This document shows positions 11,059-19,835 of a stretch of 64,000 bases of DNA, in pieces. The DNA is from Candidatus Poribacteria bacterium (GTDB lineage Bacteria > Poribacteria > WGA-4E > PCPOR2b), in NCBI GenBank assembly GCA_965218095.1, contig OZ244587.1, positions 4,032,001 through 4,096,000 of the forward strand, read 5' to 3'. The notes below the pieces were generated by a model, which did no database searches, was not told the origin of the DNA, and worked only from the letters and a program-made list of their open reading frames with translations. A program made the position numbers and the translations under genes. How positions within the stretch are numbered: the first letter of the stretch is position 1; every line of letters begins with the position of its first letter.

Positions 11059-11877
11059 GTTCTGTTGACATTTCAACGGAGCCATAGTAAGAGTGGAGAC
11101 AAAGCTGAGAAATCCAAAATAACGGATAGCTAACTTCTCGAACCGAGAGAAGATGCGGCGATACCATTTTATCTTGTTAATGAAACATTCAACCAGATGT
11201 CTCTCTTTGTACAGATGTTTGTCGTAATCTCTTTAATCCACACGATGACTTTTGGGCGGTATCACCGCAATCGCTCCATTCGCCTCAATAACAGCGATAA
11301 AATTGTCGGAGTCATATCCCTTGTCTCCAATCACATACTCGCTTTTATATCCAAGTATCAACCCTTCTGCTTCTGCTATGTCGTTTCTTTGACCGGGTGT
11401 CAGATGTATTCTTAGGGGATTACCCAGGCCGTCAACTGTGATGTGAATTTTTGTACTGAATCCCCCGCGAGAGCAGCCTAACGCTTGGTTTTCAGTGCCA
11501 CCCTTTTTTTTCGGCACCCGCCGCACACGGGTGTGCTCGAATGATTGTACTGTCCACAATAAGCGACTCGATATCGGGGTCGGCGGCGAAGTGGGGGTGC
11601 ATCTGTGTGAAGATACCTTTGTCGCACCACCGTGCAAAACGCTTATAGAGGGTGTTCGATTTACCATAGGTGTCTGGCAGAATCCGCCATTGAGCACCGC
11701 TACGGGTCGCCCAGAGAACCGCTTCGATAAAGCGGCGTATTGTCGCTTCGTTGCCAACATAGATATTGGGACAAGTTAGAAGAAACGAGTATATCTTTTT
11801 CCATTGGTTATCGGGTAAGGTTATTGGCATCATTCTTCTATTATGCCACAACCTTATACTCAAATGTCAACAGAACC
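11058..11877 (-). mobile_element. IS5-family element (IS427-like), 820 bp, inactive transposase
   Basis: Perfect 16-bp TIRs GGTTCTGTTGACATTT / AAATGTCAACAGAACC with flanking TA duplication. orfA and orfB join by a -1 frameshift at A8G3 (11501-11511). In-frame TAA at 11233-11235 precedes YKERHLVE. Confidence 0.93.
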
Positions 11878-11930
11878 TAATATCATTTCGATTTGAAATA
11901 ACGCATTACTGTCTACCGTATGCGACCTCA

Positions 11931-12072
11931 TGTCATCTTGAGGGAGTCTAAGCGACCGAAGCATCTCTATCTTGAGATGCTTCGCAAAGCGCTCAGCATG
12001 ACAGTATAAATCTAATAGAGCAAAGCGAAGGCTCTCTCCGACAGAGACTCTTCGCTTCGCTCAGAGTGACAT
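11931..12072. repeat. Two REP-like palindromes (TGTCATCxTGAG...TTCG...CTCAGxxTGACA family)
   Basis: TGTCATCTTGAG...GAAGCATCTC-TATCTT-GAGATGCTTC...CTCAGCATGACA and ...CTTCGCTTCGCTCAGAGTGACA. Related partial copies near 13406-13460 and 55768-55830. Confidence 0.7.
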
Positions 12073-12097
12073 CTTACGTACTTAGGAGGATAGATCG

Positions 12098-13195
12098 ATG
12101 CGTACATTCGGTTCCACAAAACAAATGATTCAATCGGGCAAAACGGAATTTATACGCCTGTATCACAATCCGAACACCCGCTTTGCCATGATCGGCATTA
12201 TCGGCGCGTTCATTATCATCTTGGGCATGATCCTCGGGCTGAAGGTCTTTGAGAAGGAGGATTCGATTGAGATGCTCGTCCAACGGTGGAAGGAAGCTAT
12301 CGAATCGAAAAAGCCGGCGTTGTATCAGGGGCTGTGGGATTCGACCGCACAAAGCAAAAATTGGAATCAGTACAAGCGGGCGTTGAAACTCTTTAGCAAG
12401 GAAAAGGTCGAAGCGGATATAAGCGGCCTCGTCCCCCGAAAAGATTTCAGGAATGAGAATCGCCAGCGGATTGAACGCATCCCCGTAACGCTCTATCAGG
12501 ACGGTGAGGTACTCGTCACGCTCTACCGCGATTTGATCGTTGAGAAGAAGGGAATGTGGCAGCGTTGGAAGCTAATAAACGACAAAATTCGCAATGAGCT
12601 TGAATACCCTGAGGCCACCGAGGAACCGCTCGTTCAAGAAACGCCTGTTCGCTCCGCCGACCTGATAGCTTCAAGTACCCCATTTCAGCGCGTCAATGAT
12701 CCAGCAGTACCCAGAACCGTTACGCCAGATATATCTTCGCCAATTGCTGGTGGAGCGCCTCTTGATATAAAACTCAAGTTGAACCAGATTTTGGGGGAAT
12801 GGCAGGAGGCGTGGCAGGGAAAAAATCTCAAGAGATATATGTCGAAATATGCAGAGGAGGCGGAGATTACGCGGGTCACTGTTAGCGGTGGCAAGGAGTA
12901 TCCGACCCGATTGAACAAAGGACAGTTGCGAGAGAAGATGAAAATCCTCAATAGAAGGTATAGCAAAATCGAGGTGTACGTCTCCAATTTGCAGATCAAC
13001 GGGGATAATGCGGTGGCGGATGTCGGTTTTCTGCAGGAGTTCATCAGCGCCCTTGCAGCCGGCAGTCAACCAGCTTATTCAGATTACGGTACGAAGAAGC
13101 TGACTTTCATGGTCGACCCTGCTGACGGTCTCTGGAAGATTTACTCGGAAAGCTGGAAGCTTTATAAGGACGTTCCCAAGTATCCGAAGCTCTAA
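12098..13195 (+). CDS. Membrane-anchored protein with two NTF2-like domains
   Basis: N-terminal TM helix; VQRWKEAIESK and LGEWQEAWQGKN..RYMSKY; C-terminal WKIYSESWKLYKDVPKY similar to the upstream gene. Confidence 0.6.
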   Translation: MRTFGSTKQMIQSGKTEFIRLYHNPNTRFAMIGIIGAFIIILGMILGLKVFEKEDSIEMLVQRWKEAIESKKPALYQGLWDSTAQSKNWNQYKRALKLFSKEKVEADISGLVPRKDFRNENRQRIERIPVTLYQDGEVLVTLYRDLIVEKKGMWQRWKLINDKIRNELEYPEATEEPLVQETPVRSADLIASSTPFQRVNDPAVPRTVTPDISSPIAGGAPLDIKLKLNQILGEWQEAWQGKNLKRYMSKYAEEAEITRVTVSGGKEYPTRLNKGQLREKMKILNRRYSKIEVYVSNLQINGDNAVADVGFLQEFISALAAGSQPAYSDYGTKKLTFMVDPADGLWKIYSESWKLYKDVPKYPKL

Positions 13196-13229
13196 TTGCT
13201 CCGGATGGAATTGATATGAACTGTCTACG

Positions 13230-13271
13230 AAAATCCCCTAACGCCTCAATGGGTGTTAGGGGATTTTTTTT
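13230..13271 (+). terminator. Rho-independent terminator
   Basis: Stem AAAATCCCCTAACGCC / GGTGTTAGGGGATTTT followed by a T run. Confidence 0.85.
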
Positions 13272-13672
13272 AGAATTTTGAGATTAATCTTTTATCTAAG
13301 CTGTGATACAATTTTTTGCTTACGGTTAAAACGGGTCAAATGTGAGAGGTTGAATGCCTCGTTAGATCAGCCCCTAAGGCATGGTATCAAATAACTTGGA
13401 CATCTTGTCACTCTGAGGTGCCGCGAGGGGTCTGGCGTCACTGAGATTCTTCGTAAAGCCTCTATTAGACATGTGTTGGTAGAAAATGCCGCCAAGTTGC
13501 TTTGAATCCCGATCCATCAGGGCTTGTCCGGCGTATTGATGGAACAAGCGAGCAGTGCTCGTCCGAGAATCGGACACGTTCTACCTGGGCAATTGTAGAA
13601 TCAGTTCGCCAATCCATAATACCAAACATTAACGTTTTGCAGCAGTCAATGCTGTAAGGAGGTTCTTTCAAA

Positions 13673-13999
13673 ATGAGAAGTCAGTTTCATCTAAGAAATT
13701 CCCTACTGGCCGTTGTGCTCTTTCTGATCATTCTGAACACAAGTGTTCAGGCAGATCCGGAGGGCATCGTCGGGGCCCCCGTCCAATCCCACATTACGCC
13801 GGCGGTAAGGGATTTGCCGCGGCATAAGCTTAAAGGCGCCGCCGCTCCAGTTGACCTTCCACCCCAGCAGACATATGGCAAAATCAATTTGAATCGCTCT
13901 GAGGGTGGGTTAGATCCCTTGTTGCAAGTTCAGGCCAATGTGCAGCTTTCAGTCCATGGCAATGCGCAAAGGACGTTTGCACCACCTTATCTGCATTGA
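13673..13999 (+). pseudogene. Secreted protein, probably a truncated N-terminal remnant
   Basis: AGGAGG RBS and signal peptide (VQA-D), then a short Pro-rich segment and stop at 108 aa. Confidence 0.45.
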
Positions 14000-14270
14000 G
14001 AAAAACTAGCACAAGTCGTTATGGCTGGTATTTTGTAGTCATCAAGATGATCATAGATACTATCGGTGTCCCGATCATCTACGGTATAAATCCGTTCGTT
14101 CGGATTATTCGTGCTATATCCCATCCGAGCACCTCTCCTCCCGTCAATAGGTAGCAACTTGGGGCCATTATGTTGACCACGAACCGGCTTCACTACACTA
14201 TAGTGGGTATTTGTAAATAAGTATTTGCTTTGTCAGGGAAAATGGGTTATACTTTCAAAAAATCGCCACA

Positions 14271-14300
14271 GGAATCCCCTGGCTTCAGCTATGGAGAGGA
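14271..14300. repeat. IS200/IS605-like terminal hairpin remnant
   Basis: GGAATCCCCTGGCTTCAGCTATGGAGAGGA resembles IS605-type end palindromes; no tnpA or tnpB nearby. Confidence 0.45.
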
Positions 14301-14405
14301 ATACAGCATTTTCCGATTGTCTGAATTTGATTCGTTGGTTATAATCAATTTAATCCGTCGAACGGACAGCCAACGTTATATTTTAAACAGGAGGTTTTTT
14401 TCATC

Positions 14406-15254
14406 ATGGGAGACTATGTTCACCCTGAAGTGTTAGTGACTACCGACTGGGTTGCGCAGCACGGCAGCGACGCGGGTATTGGCTTGTTGGAAGTGGATGT
14501 GGATACGACAGCTTACGACGAAGGACACATTGAAGGGTCTATTGGACTCAACTGGCAGACCCAACTTTGCGACCAGGTGCGGCGCGACATTTTAACGAAG
14601 GATCAGTTCGACCAGTTGTGCAGCGAGTCTGGCATCAGCAATGACACCACCATTATCTTCTATGGCGACAATAACAACTGGTTCGCCACGTACGCCCTCT
14701 GGCAATTCCGTTACTATGGGCATGACGAGAGCAAGCTGAAGGTGATGGATGGTGGACGCCAGAAATGGATTGATGAAGGCCGTGAGTTAGTAACGGACGT
14801 GCCTTCATATCCTGCCACGAACTACAAAGCGAAATTCCCTGACGACAATGTGCGGGCGACGAAAGACCACATTCTGCCAACGCTCAATCTGGGGGTCATC
14901 AACCTTGTGGACGTGCGCTCTCCGGCGGAGTTCACCGGTGAGATCATTGCACCTCCGGGATTGCCCGAAACCGCGCAGCGCCCCGGACGCATCCCCGGCG
15001 CAGCAAACATTCCGTGGGCGACAGCGGTCGCTGAAAACGGCACCTTCAAGTCTTACGATGAACTCAAGGAGATCTACGAAGGGGCGGGTGTCGATCCGGA
15101 CAACGAGACGATTGCCTACTGCCGCATTGGGGAGCGTTCTTCGCATACGTGGTTTGCCTTGAAGTATCTGTTAGGCTATGAAAAAGTGCGCAATTACGAT
15201 GGTAGCTGGACAGAGTGGGGGAACCTCGTCGGTGCGCCTATCGCCAAAGGTTAA
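14406..15254 (+). CDS. Tandem-rhodanese sulfurtransferase (CysA/SseA/TtuD-like)
   Basis: YDEGHI, DVRSPAEFTG, active site YCRIGERS, YDGSWTEWGN. Confidence 0.93.
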   Translation: MGDYVHPEVLVTTDWVAQHGSDAGIGLLEVDVDTTAYDEGHIEGSIGLNWQTQLCDQVRRDILTKDQFDQLCSESGISNDTTIIFYGDNNNWFATYALWQFRYYGHDESKLKVMDGGRQKWIDEGRELVTDVPSYPATNYKAKFPDDNVRATKDHILPTLNLGVINLVDVRSPAEFTGEIIAPPGLPETAQRPGRIPGAANIPWATAVAENGTFKSYDELKEIYEGAGVDPDNETIAYCRIGERSSHTWFALKYLLGYEKVRNYDGSWTEWGNLVGAPIAKG

Positions 15255-15259
15255 TCGAT

Positions 15260-15312
15260 CGTGAGTTGGTGAGCTCCCGTTTATTTGCCATTTTTGAACT
15301 CACCAACTCACG
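15260..15312. repeat. Perfect 14-bp inverted repeat
   Basis: CGTGAGTTGGTGAG ... CTCACCAACTCACG immediately after the sulfurtransferase stop. Confidence 0.7.
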
Positions 15313-15336
15313 CTTCATCTGAGGTTGGAGTTTGCG

Positions 15337-15615
15337 ATGCCCAAATTTGTTTCCGCCCATATTATCGCCTGCATGACACGGCAGCAAGTGGAAAGATTGG
15401 CCAAGCAGTTTATGGAGGAGGAAAGCGACGGGGTCAAGAGCTTGCGGGTGCAATGTGACACGATGCTTGGTCGGATGGTCTGTGAGTGGGAAGCTCCGGA
15501 TCGAAATACACTCGTCGAGTGGCTGAAAAAGCGTCATGTGCATTTTCGCGGTGGTGGGGAGTGGGTGATGCACGTGCAGATTGAGGCCGTGGAGGGGGAT
15601 GTTGTCCGGCTGTGA
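15337..15615 (+). CDS. DUF4242-like small protein
   Basis: 92 aa, MPKFVSAH...CEWEAPD pattern; GGAG RBS. Confidence 0.6.
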   Translation: MPKFVSAHIIACMTRQQVERLAKQFMEEESDGVKSLRVQCDTMLGRMVCEWEAPDRNTLVEWLKKRHVHFRGGGEWVMHVQIEAVEGDVVRL

Positions 15616-15811
15616 TACCGGCTCATCGATTAACAGGACACAAAACAATGAGATAAATCTGCAGTTCGGAGATCCGGGACTGTTCCCACTTATGGAGGGC
15701 GGATACATAGTGTCAATGGTTAGGGAGAGTGAGTCCTACTTCTTTTTAGGGCTGCGCTTTCAAACAGGTGATTGACCACTCAAACATACAAGCAACCTTT
15801 GAAATGAGCGC

Positions 15812-15877
15812 ATCATCGATTTATACTGTCCAGATCCAGCGAAATGGATCGATTGGAAAATCCGAAAGGTGACCTGA
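15812..15877 (+). pseudogene. C-terminal remnant of a DUF4258-like toxin
   Basis: IIDLYCPDPAKWIDWKIRKVT*, directly upstream of a YgiT-type gene. Confidence 0.55.
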
Positions 15878-15879
15878 AA

Positions 15880-16113
15880 ATGACAGAATGTTACTTTTGC
15901 CGAGGTGCAATCCGTCCTCAAAAGATTGATCGCGTTCATCGCTAGGGTAGTCAGATTCTTTTTTTGAAAGAGCTCCCAGCGGAAGTGTGCGAAAACTGCG
16001 GTGAAATCTATTTTGGTCCCGAAGCCTTAAATCTCATGGACGACACAGTGAAAGAAAAAATGCCTGTTATTGAAACCATCCAAATCCCTGTTGTTTCCTT
16101 CGCGTCCTCGTAG
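15880..16113 (+). pseudogene. YgiT/MqsA-type zinc finger protein with internal stop
   Basis: MTECYFCRG...VHR*GSQ...PAEVCENCGEIYF; TAG at 15943-15945. Confidence 0.8.
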
Positions 16114-16170
16114 AATCAGCGAACCAGCGAATTGTCTTACGTTTCACGCATCACGCAAAGGAACTTCACC

Positions 16171-17040
16171 GTGCATTACCTAACACGCCAGATTGCTTTT
16201 GAAGCCTCACACCATTATCGTATTCTTGAACTCAGCGGTGAGGAGAATTACGCACTTTTTGGATCTCCTGCAAATCCAAACGGTCATGGGCATAACTATG
16301 TCCTTGAGGCAACGGTCAAAGGAAAAGTGAACCCCGAGAATGAGATGGTTATCAATATCACAGATCTGGACAAGGTTCTCAAAGAACAGGTTGTTGCCTA
16401 CTATGATCACAAGCATATCAACATACAGCACCCTACCTTTGTCAATAACCCACATTTGCAACCCACGAGCGAGAACTTAGTGATTCAGATCTGGTACGCG
16501 ATCGAGCCGCATCTGAAGGTTGAACGAAGTGAAATCCTCGATCGAAGATCGGGGAGGACAATCCTGCACTGTATCAGGCTGTATGAAGATTCAACCCTGT
16601 TTGCTGACTATTATGGAGAACGGCAAATGGTCTATCTCACGAAAGTGTACGAATTCAGCGCATCACATCGGTTGCACAGCCCACAACTCAGCAATGAGGA
16701 AAACCAGGAGATCTTCGGCAAGTGTAACAATTTTTACGGTCACGGACACAACTATATACTTGAGGTGACCATTAAGGGTGAGGTTGATCCAAGAACCGGG
16801 ATGATTGCTGATCTGAACTTTCTCGATGAAACGATTCAGAAGCAGGTCTATGGGCGATTCGATCACAAGCATCTTAACCTTGATACCCCTGAGTTTGAGC
16901 ACCTCAACCCGACTTCTGAGAATTTTGTCCGGGTGCTCTGGGATGTTATTGAACCGAGCCTCAAACCCATCAAGTTGCATCGCCTTCGATTGAAGGAGAC
17001 GTCTAAGAACTATTTTGATTACTACGGAGACGCAGTTTAG
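16171..17040 (+). CDS. Tandem-domain 6-pyruvoyl-tetrahydropterin synthase (PTPS-II type)
   Basis: Two T-fold units: FEASH...GSPANPNGHGHNY...PTSEN and FSASH...GKCNNFYGHGHNY...PTSEN. GTG start at 16171. Confidence 0.9.
   Translation: MHYLTRQIAFEASHHYRILELSGEENYALFGSPANPNGHGHNYVLEATVKGKVNPENEMVINITDLDKVLKEQVVAYYDHKHINIQHPTFVNNPHLQPTSENLVIQIWYAIEPHLKVERSEILDRRSGRTILHCIRLYEDSTLFADYYGERQMVYLTKVYEFSASHRLHSPQLSNEENQEIFGKCNNFYGHGHNYILEVTIKGEVDPRTGMIADLNFLDETIQKQVYGRFDHKHLNLDTPEFEHLNPTSENFVRVLWDVIEPSLKPIKLHRLRLKETSKNYFDYYGDAV
16517..16554 (+). repeat. Double-hairpin mini-repeat inserted in frame in PTPS
   Basis: AGGTTGAACGAAGTGAAATCCTCGATCGAAGATCGGGG; matches the intergenic copies at 17656 and 22045. 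Confidence 0.85.
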
Positions 17041-17043
17041 CCG

Positions 17044-17646
17044 ATGAAGATTTATACTGCCGAATCACTAGAGGATGAAACAATTACCGCCGATCCAAAA
17101 CTTGAATACATCTACGCTCAAATGCTGGAAAGTATCGGCGAGGATCCGACGCGGCAAGGCCTACTTAAAACGCCTCATCGTGCGGCGAAAGCCCTTCACT
17201 TCTTGACGCAAGGCTACCACCAAAATGTCGAGGCAATTTTGAACGGTGCAATCTTTGACGAGGAATACGATGAGATGGTCATCGTTAAGGATATCGAGTT
17301 TTATAGCCTCTGTGAGCATCATATTTTACCATTTTTTGGCAAGTGTCATGTTGGGTATATCCCCCACGAAAAAATCATTGGACTCAGTAAAATCCCGCGG
17401 ATTGTAGATATGTTTTCTCGCCGACTGCAAATTCAAGAAAAGCTGACCCGACAGATTGCGGAAGCGCTGCAAGAAGGACTAAATCCGCTTGGTGTCGCTG
17501 TAGTCATGGAAGCGCGGCACATGTGCATGATGGTTCGTGGTATACAAAAGCAGCACTCGAAAGCGACGACCAACGTGATGCTCGGCGCGTTTCGAGACAA
17601 AAGTTCAACTCGCGCGGAGTTCATGAGATGTATTCAGATCTCATAG
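17044..17646 (+). CDS. folE: GTP cyclohydrolase I
   Basis: [42 protein letters not shown]. Confidence 0.97.
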   Translation: MKIYTAESLEDETITADPKLEYIYAQMLESIGEDPTRQGLLKTPHRAAKALHFLTQGYHQNVEAILNGAIFDEEYDEMVIVKDIEFYSLCEHHILPFFGKCHVGYIPHEKIIGLSKIPRIVDMFSRRLQIQEKLTRQIAEALQEGLNPLGVAVVMEARHMCMMVRGIQKQHSKATTNVMLGAFRDKSSTRAEFMRCIQIS

Positions 17647-17655
17647 GTAGAGCCG

Positions 17656-17688
17656 CCCCGTTGCGGGGGATTTCGCTATGCTCAACTT
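17656..17688 (-). repeat. Double-hairpin mini-repeat, intergenic copy
   Basis: Reverse complement AAGTTGAGCATAGCGAAATCCCCCGCAACGGGG. Confidence 0.8.
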
Positions 17689-17695
17689 GAAGGGA

Positions 17696-18415
17696 ATGGA
17701 AACGCTGAAGGACAAAGTTGCAATTATTACAGGGGCATCACGCGGCGTTGGTCGAGCAACAACTCTAGCTTTTGCGCAGGCAGGTGCGAAGGTTGTCCTC
17801 GCATCACGCACACGGAAAGAGCTCGAAACGGTTGCAAATCTCATACGCACGAACAGTGGGGAAGCCCTCGTTGTGCCGACAGATGTGACACAGGAAGACG
17901 CGGTGGAAGCCCTGATTGAGCAAACTCTGGAGGCATATCAGCAAATCGATATTCTTGTGAACAACGCGGGAATCGGAATCTTCGAGATGGTAATCGATTC
18001 TGATTCGGAGACGTGGGATCAAGTAATTGACTCAAACCTCAAAAGCGTCTATCTTTGCTCAAGGTATGCACTGCGCTCCATGCTTACGCGTCAATCCGGT
18101 CAAATTATCAATGTGCTGTCGATTGCCGCGAAAATTCCGTTCAAAGCATCGAGCGCGTACTGTGCGGCAAAGGCGGGCGCCCTGGCATTTACGAAGGTTT
18201 TGTCGGAGGAGGTCAGGGATAAGAATATTCGGGTTACGGCTGTTTCCCCCGGATCGATCAAAACTTCATTCTGGGATGACATTGAGCAACACCCAGGTTT
18301 TGAACTGATGTTGAAACCAGAGCATGTTGCGGAAACGATCCTCTTCGCTACGACTCAGCCGGTTGGCATGGTCACTGAAGAAATCGTCGTCACCCCGCCA
18401 CTCGGAATTTTGTAG
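17696..18415 (+). CDS. SDR oxidoreductase, candidate sepiapterin reductase
   Basis: TGASRGVG, NNAG, YCAAK; third gene of the PTPS-folE operon. Confidence 0.75.
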   Translation: METLKDKVAIITGASRGVGRATTLAFAQAGAKVVLASRTRKELETVANLIRTNSGEALVVPTDVTQEDAVEALIEQTLEAYQQIDILVNNAGIGIFEMVIDSDSETWDQVIDSNLKSVYLCSRYALRSMLTRQSGQIINVLSIAAKIPFKASSAYCAAKAGALAFTKVLSEEVRDKNIRVTAVSPGSIKTSFWDDIEQHPGFELMLKPEHVAETILFATTQPVGMVTEEIVVTPPLGIL

Positions 18416-18453
18416 TGGACAGTGCCCCCCGATCTTTGATCGGGGTTAAACCA

Positions 18454-19833
18454 TCACGTGCCACGTCTGATAAAACTGCCAAACTTATTGCGGATGCATA
18501 CCCTGCGAATGCTACGCATATCGGCGTCGGAGATAGTGATATAGAAGGTGTCCATTTCAACCGTCTCCCCCGGTTTGGGAATTGTGCCTGCCTGCTCAAG
18601 GATGTAACCCGCAATTGTTTCGTAATCGCCTGACGGAATTTGCAAGCCGAACTGATCGTTTAATATATCAATTTCCGTGCGTCCCTCGCATTCGAGGATT
18701 CTTGGGCTGATGACGCGGATAAGATGGACTTCATCGCGTTCATCCGAGACCTCACCGACAATCTCTTCGACCAGATCTTCAACGGTGACAAGTCCGACAA
18801 TACCACCATACTCATCGACGACAAACACCATTGTGTGGTGACTTTGTTGAATCTCTTTCAGAAGAACATTGATGTTCTTTGACTCAGGGACGAACTGGAT
18901 GTCCGTGCGGATAAATGTCTGGATGGTTTGCGTGTTCCCGTTTGCATAGATGACATCCAACACATTAACGATTCCGATGATATTATAGATCTGTTCATCG
19001 TAAATCGGTATACGAGAAAAACCGGATTCCGACGTAACCCTGTAGAACGTTTCAATATCCGTCTCCTTCTCTACAGCAACAATATCAACGAGAGGCGCCA
19101 TCACTTGTTCAACAGTGCGGGTTTGCAGGTCGAGGACGCTATGAATCATTTGGCGCTGATCTCTCAGGATTTCGCCGGACTGTTCTCCCATTGTCGCCAA
19201 CAGACGTAATTCATCGCGCCGGGCATCTGGCGAAGTAGATTCAGTGTTTTTGCCGACAATCTTTACGAGAAAATCTGTCAAGTATGTCACAACATTTACG
19301 ATAACGCCTAAGATGATTTCAGAGATTCGTAGCGGATAGGCATAGCGTAAGGTAAGGGCGTTCGCTTTGGCACGGAAGATGGTTTTGGGTAGAAGCTCAC
19401 CAAAGATTAGTACGAGCACTGTTGTGACGCTTGTTGCAACCTGTGTTCGTGTTGCCTCTGATGCATCTAACAGCACGATCACAAGCAATAGCACAAGTTG
19501 TGCGACAATGACGTTCGCCAGATTGGTTCCGACAAGCGTCATTCCAAGCATCTTTTCAGGTCTTTTGAGGAGATCTCTGATAATTTTCGCCCTTTTATTG
19601 TCTTCTTCAGCAAGCCGATTCATCTTGATCTTATCAACGGAGACTAATGCCGTTTCAGATCCGGAGTAGAAAGCAGATAATATTAGGAAAACAACTAGGC
19701 CGAGCGTGAGGAAGGCAATCCAAATGAGACTGGCCACTGTGAGTGAGACGAGGGAATCCAGTGGGGAAGTCGCACCCATTAGAAAACAGCAAAAAATCAA
19801 TAATATGAGGAATTTCAGACGGGGTACTCTCAT
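18454..19833 (-). CDS. CNNM/DUF21-CBS-CorC membrane protein (HlyC/CorC family)
   Basis: FYSGSETAL, FGELLPK, FSRIPIY, VDEYGG, YETIAG. Confidence 0.92.
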   Translation of the reverse strand: MRVPRLKFLILLIFCCFLMGATSPLDSLVSLTVASLIWIAFLTLGLVVFLILSAFYSGSETALVSVDKIKMNRLAEEDNKRAKIIRDLLKRPEKMLGMTLVGTNLANVIVAQLVLLLVIVLLDASEATRTQVATSVTTVLVLIFGELLPKTIFRAKANALTLRYAYPLRISEIILGVIVNVVTYLTDFLVKIVGKNTESTSPDARRDELRLLATMGEQSGEILRDQRQMIHSVLDLQTRTVEQVMAPLVDIVAVEKETDIETFYRVTSESGFSRIPIYDEQIYNIIGIVNVLDVIYANGNTQTIQTFIRTDIQFVPESKNINVLLKEIQQSHHTMVFVVDEYGGIVGLVTVEDLVEEIVGEVSDERDEVHLIRVISPRILECEGRTEIDILNDQFGLQIPSGDYETIAGYILEQAGTIPKPGETVEMDTFYITISDADMRSIRRVCIRNKFGSFIRRGT

Positions 19834-19835
19834 TT

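Noticed and set aside
13987-14193. 68-aa minus-strand ORF
   Set aside because: No recognisable family or RBS; possibly debris.
15943-15945. TAG readthrough or pyrrolysine in the YgiT gene
   Set aside because: A simple TGG-to-TAG mutation is more likely because the partner toxin is also destroyed and TAG is a normal stop elsewhere in the window.
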